Positions 10,881 through 18,690 of a stretch of 64,000 nt of DNA are shown one piece after another; within the stretch, counting starts at the first letter, position 1; each line of letters starts with the position of its first letter. The notes beneath the pieces are model-generated. The model saw only the letters and a program-made list of their open reading frames with translations. It was not told where the DNA came from and searched no databases. The stretch comes from Eledone cirrhosa. Taxonomy: Eukaryota. Where the stretch lies: positions 205,344,001-205,408,000 of the forward strand of contig OZ024743.1 in the NCBI GenBank assembly GCA_964016885.1. The letters run 5' to 3'. Made by a program: the position numbers and the translations under genes.

Positions 10881-12600
10881 ATCATCATCATCATCATCAT
10901 CATCACCGTTTTACGTCCGTTCTTCCACGCTAGCATGGGTTAGACGGGTTGTCCTGTTGTGGGCAGTGTCTGGTCGGCTGACCATGCCTTGCTCATACAG
11001 GAACTGATCTGGCTTGATTTCTACAGCTGGATGCCCTTCCTAACACCAACCTCATTTACAGTGAGTGCTGGGTGCTTTTTCGTGGCGCCTACACGTCCAC
11101 TTTACAGTGTGGGCTGGGTGCTTTTTTGCCGTGGCACCTCCACGACCACCTTGCGGTGGGGGGGGGGGGGGGGCATATTGTTTATATGCTTCAGCATGTA
11201 CCCATGGGAGGTCGGGTACCCTGTATTACTGCGTGACGCCAGAAGTCACGGTCGTGTGTCATTGACTTTGAGAGGTGTAGTTGGGTAAGGTCGGCTTTTA
11301 TCACCTCATCCCAAGTCATCTTGGGTCTCCCCACTCCGCGGTTTCCATCAACTTCTAGTGCTCTGCACCTTTTTATGCAGCTGTCATCCTTCATACGCAT
11401 CACATGTCCATACCAGCGTAACCGCCTCTCCTGCACGCAGCATTTGATTCCTCTTATGCTCAGTCTCTCTCTCAATTCATTTATGCTTTGTCGTTCACGT
11501 ATATTACTGTTACACATCCATCGGAGCATGCAGGCTTCGTTTCTCTCTAATCTACGTAAGTCTTCCACCTTCAGCGCCCAGGTCTCACTACCATGCAACA
11601 TCGCTGTTCGGATACACGCATCATACAGTCTGCCTTTCATTCTGAGGGAGAAGCCTTTTGCAGCTAGCAGTGGTAGTAGTTCCCTAAACTTCTTCCATCC
11701 CGTTCTTACCCTAGTTATTGTACTTTCTGAGCACCCACCTCCGTTGCTAATTCGGTCACCTAGGTAGCAGAAGCTGTCTACTGTTTCTACAGGGCCCTCC
11801 CAGAGATTGGTGGTACTTGTTTCCTGTGGCTGTTTGCTTGCTGTTTCAGCACAGCTGCTGCATGTGAATCCTACATTCTTAATTAAGCTTCCTGAGATCC
11901 CGCTACATCTCTTGTGTACCCATTGTTTGCATTTGGGGCAAAGAATGGAGTTCCTACCTACACCTTTCCTACATACTGAGCAAGGCCATTTCCCTGAGGG
12001 GATCTGGGTTCTGTTTTCTCGTCTACTTATAAGGACCTTAGTCTTTGTCATGTTGACTTTGAGACCCTTTCTCTCTAGTCCCTGCTTCCAGGTTTGGAAT
12101 TTATTCTCTAGTTCTACCATAGATTCAGCTATGAGTGCGAGGTCATCAGCATACAGGAGTTCCCATGGGCATCCGGTCTTAAACTCCTCCGTTATTGCCT
12201 GCAGGACTATGATGAACAGGAGAGGGCTAAGAACAGAGCCCTGGTGGACCCCAACCTGTACGCTAAATTCCTCGCTATACTCATTGCCAATCCTAACTTT
12301 GCTGACTGCTCCCCTATACATGGCTTGTACCGCTTTCACAAGCCATTCATCTACTCCTAGTTTTCTAAGAGCCCACCAGATTACTGCACGTGGAACTCTG
12401 TCAAAGGCTTTCTCAAGGTCGACAAATGCCAAGTAGAGTGGCTTACTTTTAGCTAGGTACTTTTCCTGTAATTGCCTCACAAGGAAGAGCGCATCAGTGG
12501 TGCCTTTACCTGGAACAAACCCAAATTGCATCTCGTCTATATTCACCCGGTCCCTAATCAGCTGTGCTATAACTCTTTCTGTTACTTTCATGACCTGGTC
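10881..12600 (-). mobile_element. RTE-clade LINE family B, 5'-truncated
   Basis: (GAT)8 tail at 10881-10904. The 3' UTR is homologous to, but diverged from, family A. The ORF is truncated at the DQVMKV codons near 12600. Confidence 0.93.
11191..12600 (-). pseudogene. RT core, PHD-type finger and C-terminal part of the family B ORF (uninterrupted but 5'-truncated)
   Basis: QFGF, FVDLEKAFDRV, GVHQGSVLSPLLF, LYADD, CSVC...CPKC...WVHKRC...[23 protein letters not shown]. Confidence 0.9.
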
Positions 12601-12856
12601 CTATATATATATATATATAATATATATATATATATCATATATATATATATAATATATATATATTATATATATATATATATAATATATATATATTATATAT
12701 ATATATATATTATATATATATATATATAATATATATATATATATATCATATATATATATATCATATATATATATATAATATATATATATATATATCATAT
12801 ATATATATATAATATATATATATCATATATATATATATAATATATATATATTACAT

Positions 12857-12887
<31 letters not shown>

Positions 12888-13241
12888 CATATATATATAT
12901 ATATATAATATATATATATTACATATATATATAATATATGTAATATATATCATATATATATAATATATATATATTACATATATATATAATATATGTAATA
13001 TATATCATATATATATATATAATATATATATATTACATATATATATAATATATGTAATATATATCATATATATATATATAATATATATATATTACATATA
13101 TATATAATATATGTAATATATATCATATATATATATATAATATATATATATTACATATATATATATAATATATATAATATATATATAATATGTATATATA
13201 ATATATATATATAATATATATATATAATATATATATAATAT

Positions 13242-13273
<32 letters not shown>

Positions 13274-13422
13274 ATATATATATATATATTATATATATAT
13301 TATATATACATATTATATATATATTATATATATTATATATATATATGTAATATATATATATCATATATATATATATAATATATATATATCATATATATAT
13401 ATATAATATATATATATTACAT

Positions 13423-13455
<33 letters not shown>

Positions 13456-13683
13456 CATATATATATATATAATATATATATATTACATATATATATAATA
13501 TATGTAATATATATCATATATATATATATATATAATATATATATATTACATATGTATATAATATATGTAATATATATCATATATATATATATATAATATA
13601 TATATATTACATATATATATATAATATATATAATATATATATAATATGTATATATAATATATATATAATATATACATATTATA
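12601..13683. repeat. AT-rich microsatellite/minisatellite with roughly 55-60 bp higher-order units
   Basis: (TA)n punctuated by TAA, TCA, TTACA and TGTAA in a recurring order. Confidence 0.95.
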
Positions 13684-16600
13684 CTGCGGAATCCTGGAGA
13701 GTGGAGGTGAGAGAGAAAAATCTGGACGCTCAGCGACAATGCCAAAGATAAAGACAAATTCACCTCTTGGACGAGAATGCGAGCACTCCTCATTGTTTCG
13801 ACCGCGGACGGCTAACATAACCCCATCGCCCCCCGCCCCTCACCGCCCCCAACCCCCAAACGCAATCCAAAACCTCAGAGTTGGTACCATAAATGTAGGC
13901 ACCCTAAAGGGTCGCGCTAACGAGGTTGTAGAAATGCTTGAACGTAAGGAGGTCGATGTTTGTTGTATTCAAGAGACCAGGTGGAGGGGTGGGTCTGCTA
14001 GGTTCATTGAGGGTAAAAAACGATGTTATAAGCTTTTCTGGGTGGGAAACGACGATGGGCTGGGTGGAGTAGGAATCATGGTAGCAGAAAAGTGGGCAGA
14101 TAAGATAATAGACGTAAATAGAGTGAACGACAGAATAATTAAAATACGACTTGTCCTCAATAGAACTACGGTGACAGTAATATCTGCATACGCACCCCAA
14201 TCCGGACTGCCCGACACTATAAAAGACAGATTCTATGAGACACTGATGCTAACTACCTCCCAAATATCCGACAGTGACTATATAATTATCGCAGGCGACC
14301 TAAATGGTCACGTTGGACAACATTGTGACGGCTACGACGAAATCCATGGAGGCTATGGGTTTGGTACTAGAAATGAGGAAGGCTCCAGAATCCTGGAATT
14401 CTGTGATGCAAATAACCTAACTATCTGTAACACTAACTTCAAAAAACGTGACAATCACCTGATCACCTATAGATCCGGGGAACACACAAGCCAGGTAGAT
14501 TATATCCTTACCAGAAGACGTGACAGAGTGTCTGTTGTAAACACTAAATCCCTCCCCCATGAAGAATGCACCTCCCAACATAGACTGATAATTAGCGACC
14601 TCATAGTCAGGACGAGACGTACTCGACAACAGAAGAGGACTATCCTCAGGAGGAAAATATGGAAGCTAAAGGACCCCACAGCCAGGAATAAATTTCAAAG
14701 CATATTACTTGATGCTTTCGACAGTAAGGAAGAGCATTTAGAGTCGGACAATATAGAGGGAGAGTGGGAATTTCTGAAAGCAAACCTGCTGTTGGCGACA
14801 GACGAAGTCTGTGGCTGGAGCAGGCCTGTAGGCAGGAGGAGAGTAACATGGTGGTGGAACAGTAAGGTGGAGGGGTCAATTAAGGCCAAAAAGCAGGCTT
14901 GGAAAGTATGGCGGGATGGGGGAAGTAGAGAGGACTATCAAGTGGCCAGGAGGGAAGCTAGGAGACAAGTGTACTTAGCAAGAAGGGAAGCTGAGGAAAG
15001 AAAGTTCAAGCATGTTCTACAACGCGATGACCAAAAACGTGAGGTGTTCAGGATTGCTAGGCAATGCGTCAAGGAAAACCGTGATATTGTCGGGGAGAAG
15101 TGTGTACTAAACGACGATGGCACACTTGCCATCACCGACGCTGATAAGAAGGTAGCTTGGAAGTGTCACTATGAAAGTCTACTAAATGAGGAGAATAATT
15201 GGGAGAAAGGCAGTCTCCCCCATATCGACCCAATAGAGGGACCAGCAGTGTTAGTCGAGGGGAGTATAATAAGTAAGGCAATCAAGGATATGAAGACTGG
15301 TAAGGCGGCTGGGCCTTCGGAAATAGTTGCTGAGATGCTGAAGGCATCTGGCACGGTGGGACACACCATGGTCACCCGCATAGTTAACCAAGTCGTACAG
15401 AATGGGGTTGTTCCGAAGGACTGGCATAGCAGCATCATCGTTAACTGTTATAAGGGTAAAGGAGACGCCCTAGATAGGAGTAACTATAGAGGCATTAAAT
15501 TAATCGACCAGGTCATGAAGGTCACGGAAAAAGTAATAGCGCAACTAATCAGAGAGAGAATTGACCTAGATGAAATGCAGTTCGGGTTTGTGTCAGGCAA
15601 AAGTACCACAGACGCTCTTTTCATAGTACGACAACTACAGGAGAAGTACCTAGCTAAAGGTAAACCCCTCTACTTAGCTTTTGTCGACTTGGAGAAAGCC
15701 TTCGACAGAGTCCCCCGCTCCATTATCTGGTGGGCTCTTAGAAAACTAGGCGTTGACGAATGGCTTGTGAGGGCTATACAAGCCATGTATAAAGAAACAG
15801 TCAGCAAGGTTAGAATTAACAACGAATATAGTGAAGAGTTTAGCGTAAAAGTTGGCGTCCATCAGGGCTCTGTTCTCAGTCCACTACTATTTATTATTGC
15901 CCTTCAGGCTATAACAGAGGAGTTCAAGACAGGCTGCCCATGGGAACTCCTATACGCAGACGACCTGACACTCATAGCGGAATCAATGGCCGAGCTAGAG
16001 AAGAAATTCCAAACATGGAAGCACGGCCTAGAGTCAAAAGGACTTAAAATTAACCTGGCTAAGACCAAAGTACTAGTTTGTAGGAAAGAAAACAAGGCGG
16101 CGGTCCCTTCTGGGAAATGGTCGTGCTCGGTGTGTAGGAAAGGCGTAGGTAGAAACTCCATTTTATGTCCTAAATGCAAAGTATGGGTGCATAAAAGATG
16201 TAGTGGGATCACAGGTAAGCTAACTAAGAACATAGATTTTACATGTGGCCGGTGCTCTGGTGCAATAAGTAGCAGCAAGTGCCCACAAAATACTAGCTCT
16301 TTCAATTGCGCAGAGGGTTCTATAGAAATAGTGGACAGCTTCCGTTACCTGGGCGATAAAATCAGCAGTGGGGGAGGGTGCTCTGAAAGTACTGTAGCTA
16401 GAGTCAGAACTGGTTGGAAAAAGTTCAGAGAGCTTATACCACTATTAGCTGCTAAAGGGTTCTCACTAAAAATGAAAGGCAGGTTGTACGATGCCTGCAT
16501 ACGAACAGCAATGCTGCATGGCAGTGAGACCTGGGCATTGTGTGCAGAGGATATACGCAGACTAGAGAGGAACGAAGCTTGCATGCTCCGCTGGATGTGT

Positions 16601-17308
16601 AACAGTAATATACGTGAACGGCAAAGCATAAACGAACTAAGGAAAAAATTAGAGATAAGAGGGATCAGATGTTGTTTACTCGAGAGAAGGCTACGTTGGT
16701 ATGGACACGTGATGCGCATGAAAGTCGATAGCTGTATAACAAAGTGCAGGGCAATAAAGATAGACGGTAGTCACGGAATAGGCAGACCTAGAAAAACCTG
16801 GGACGAGCTGATAAACTCCGACATCACACACTTACACCTCTCCAAGACAATGTCACTGGACCGAGACCTTTGGCGGCACTCAGTAACAGAGAAGACCCGC
16901 CTTACCTAAATATATAGTAAAACCTACTCCAGCCAGTAGGCATCTCTAACAAAATACACCCCGTCCCACCACCACCACCCCCACCCGATCCACACCACCC
17001 CGTTCTATGTAAAGTTATGTTGGTGCCGCGCCATCGAGGCCGAAACAAATGAGATCGTGTAGGTGTCACGACAAAAAAACACACAGTCCACGCTGTAATG
17101 TGGCCGTGTAGGCAACACGGTAAAAACCTCCCAGACCCACACTGTAAATGTGGTTGGTGTTAGGAAGGGCATCCAACTGTAGAAAACCTGCCAGACAGTC
17201 CTATGCGAGCAAGACAATCACTCTTGCCTCAAGTGGGACTACCCCCGTCCAAACCCATGCAAGCGTGGAACACGGACGTTAAACGTTGATGATGATGATG
17301 ATGATGAT
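13684..17308 (+). mobile_element. RTE-clade LINE family A, copy A3, near full length
   Basis: Single EN-RT ORF, 3' UTR of about 380 bp, terminal stem-loop and (GAT)7 tail at 17288-17308, flanked by (TA)n on both sides. Confidence 0.96.
13739..16909 (+). CDS. RTE-type ORF, 1056 aa: APE endonuclease, reverse transcriptase and inserted PHD-type zinc finger
   Basis: EN motifs [43 protein letters not shown] motifs KAAGP, NYRGIKL, QFGF, FVDLEKAFD, QGSVLSPLLF, YADD (15953-15964). C4HC3 at 16124-16255. RTE-like C-terminus [12 protein letters not shown]...GRPRKTW. No stops or frameshifts. Confidence 0.95.
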   Translation: MPKIKTNSPLGRECEHSSLFRPRTANITPSPPAPHRPQPPNAIQNLRVGTINVGTLKGRANEVVEMLERKEVDVCCIQETRWRGGSARFIEGKKRCYKLFWVGNDDGLGGVGIMVAEKWADKIIDVNRVNDRIIKIRLVLNRTTVTVISAYAPQSGLPDTIKDRFYETLMLTTSQISDSDYIIIAGDLNGHVGQHCDGYDEIHGGYGFGTRNEEGSRILEFCDANNLTICNTNFKKRDNHLITYRSGEHTSQVDYILTRRRDRVSVVNTKSLPHEECTSQHRLIISDLIVRTRRTRQQKRTILRRKIWKLKDPTARNKFQSILLDAFDSKEEHLESDNIEGEWEFLKANLLLATDEVCGWSRPVGRRRVTWWWNSKVEGSIKAKKQAWKVWRDGGSREDYQVARREARRQVYLARREAEERKFKHVLQRDDQKREVFRIARQCVKENRDIVGEKCVLNDDGTLAITDADKKVAWKCHYESLLNEENNWEKGSLPHIDPIEGPAVLVEGSIISKAIKDMKTGKAAGPSEIVAEMLKASGTVGHTMVTRIVNQVVQNGVVPKDWHSSIIVNCYKGKGDALDRSNYRGIKLIDQVMKVTEKVIAQLIRERIDLDEMQFGFVSGKSTTDALFIVRQLQEKYLAKGKPLYLAFVDLEKAFDRVPRSIIWWALRKLGVDEWLVRAIQAMYKETVSKVRINNEYSEEFSVKVGVHQGSVLSPLLFIIALQAITEEFKTGCPWELLYADDLTLIAESMAELEKKFQTWKHGLESKGLKINLAKTKVLVCRKENKAAVPSGKWSCSVCRKGVGRNSILCPKCKVWVHKRCSGITGKLTKNIDFTCGRCSGAISSSKCPQNTSSFNCAEGSIEIVDSFRYLGDKISSGGGCSESTVARVRTGWKKFRELIPLLAAKGFSLKMKGRLYDACIRTAMLHGSETWALCAEDIRRLERNEACMLRWMCNSNIRERQSINELRKKLEIRGIRCCLLERRLRWYGHVMRMKVDSCITKCRAIKIDGSHGIGRPRKTWDELINSDITHLHLSKTMSLDRDLWRHSVTEKTRLT

Positions 17309-17590
17309 AATATATATATATATATATATAATATATATATATATATATAATATATATATATATATAATATATATATATATAATATATATATAATATATAT
17401 ATATATATAATATATATATAATATATATATATATAATATATATATAATATATATATATATATAATATATATATAATATATATATATATAATATATATAAT
17501 ATATATATAATATATATATATATAATATATATAATATATATATAATATATATATATATATAATATATATATAATATATATATATATATAT
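17309..17590. repeat. Pure A/T microsatellite, (TA)nA units
   Basis: Directly visible. Confidence 0.95.
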
Positions 17591-17688
17591 TGTGAGTTGT
17601 GTGTGTGATTGTATGCATGAATGAGTGTTGGTATGTGTGGTTGTGGTTTGTATGCATGAGTATTAGTGTGAGTCGTGTCAATAAGTTT

Positions 17689-17723
<35 letters not shown>

Positions 17724-17726
<3 letters not shown>

Positions 17727-18490
17727 GACCATGCTGTAAAATGGAGGGGTAGAGAGGGCCCTTGAGTCTAGTAAGACATCCTCTCTAGTGCTGGTGGCAC
17801 AAATAAAAGCACCCAGTCCATGCTGTAAAGTGGCGCTGGTGTTAGGAAGGGCATCCAACCAGTGTATCAATGCCAAAAAGCTTATCAGCACAGCAACAAA
17901 ACAGCATAGAAAAATATGAAGACGTCGCATCTCAGAGTTGCAACACTTAATGTTGGCACTCTCAGAGGTAGGTCTGCTGAAATAGCGGAGATGCTGGAGA
18001 GAAGGCAGGTGGATGTGTGCTGCGTGCAAGAGGTGAGATGGAGGGGTGCCTCTGCGAGACTAGTCGTAGGCAAGCGTCTTAGCTATAAGCTATTCTGGGT
18101 AGGTAAGAATGATGGGTTAGGGGGAGTAGGCATTTTCCTGGCTGAGAAATGGATCAATAAGACAATAGAGGTAGTTCGAGTTAGTAATCGAATAATTAAG
18201 CTTAGATTAGTTGTAGGTAGGAGACTACTGACAATCATCTCGGTCTATGCTCCCCAAGCAGGCCTAGGCAAAGATGAGAAAGACTGCTTTTATGAGCAAC
18301 TTTTGCAAACAACCACAATGACAGAGGACGGAGACATCGTTATGCTAGCAGGAGACTTCAATGGTCATGTTGGACAGCTCCAGGATGGTTACACTGGGGT
18401 ACATGGTGGGCACGGTTACGGTTCAAGAAATGAAGAAGGAGTGAGACTTCTTGAATTTTGTGATGCAAGTACATTGACTATTTGCAACAC
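17724..18490 (+). mobile_element. RTE-clade LINE 'C', 5' UTR and start of ORF, cut by the assembly gap (could be the 5' end of family B)
   Basis: UTR module at 17775-17860 followed by an endonuclease ORF clearly diverged from family A. The 5' boundary is uncertain; it is preceded by T33 and a GT-rich tract. Confidence 0.85.
17916..18490 (+). CDS. APE-type endonuclease domain of an RTE ORF, partial
   Basis: MKTSHLRVATLNVGTL...VCCVQEVRWRG...SVYAPQ...AGDFNGHVG...RNEEG...CN, open up to the Ns. Confidence 0.88.
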
Positions 18491-18690
18491 NNNNNNNNNN
18501 NNNNNNNNNNNNNNNNNNNNNNNNNNNNNNNNNNNNNNNNNNNNNNNNNNNNNNNNNNNNNNNNNNNNNNNNNNNNNNNNNNNNNNNNNNNNNNNNNNNN
18601 NNNNNNNNNNNNNNNNNNNNNNNNNNNNNNNNNNNNNNNNNNNNNNNNNNNNNNNNNNNNNNNNNNNNNNNNNNNNNNNNNNNNNNNNNN
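18491..18690. other. Assembly gap (200 N)
   Basis: A round-number run of N. The true distance and orientation between the LINE nest and the satellite are unknown. Confidence 0.99.

Noticed and set aside
13684-13740. HDV-like ribozyme at the RTE 5' end
   Set aside because: Known for some RTEs, but I could not build the nested double pseudoknot here or at 17724-17915 by eye. An RNArobo/Infernal search would be needed.
6628-16719. Recurrent antisense ORFs over the RTE copies (e.g. 9389-9790, 11807-12436, 15904-16305)
   Set aside because: Shadows of the sense ORF repeated because the copies are homologous; no recognisable motifs.
13670-17330. Target-site duplications around the LINE copies
   Set aside because: The flanks are (TA)n on both sides, so any TSD cannot be distinguished from the repeat.
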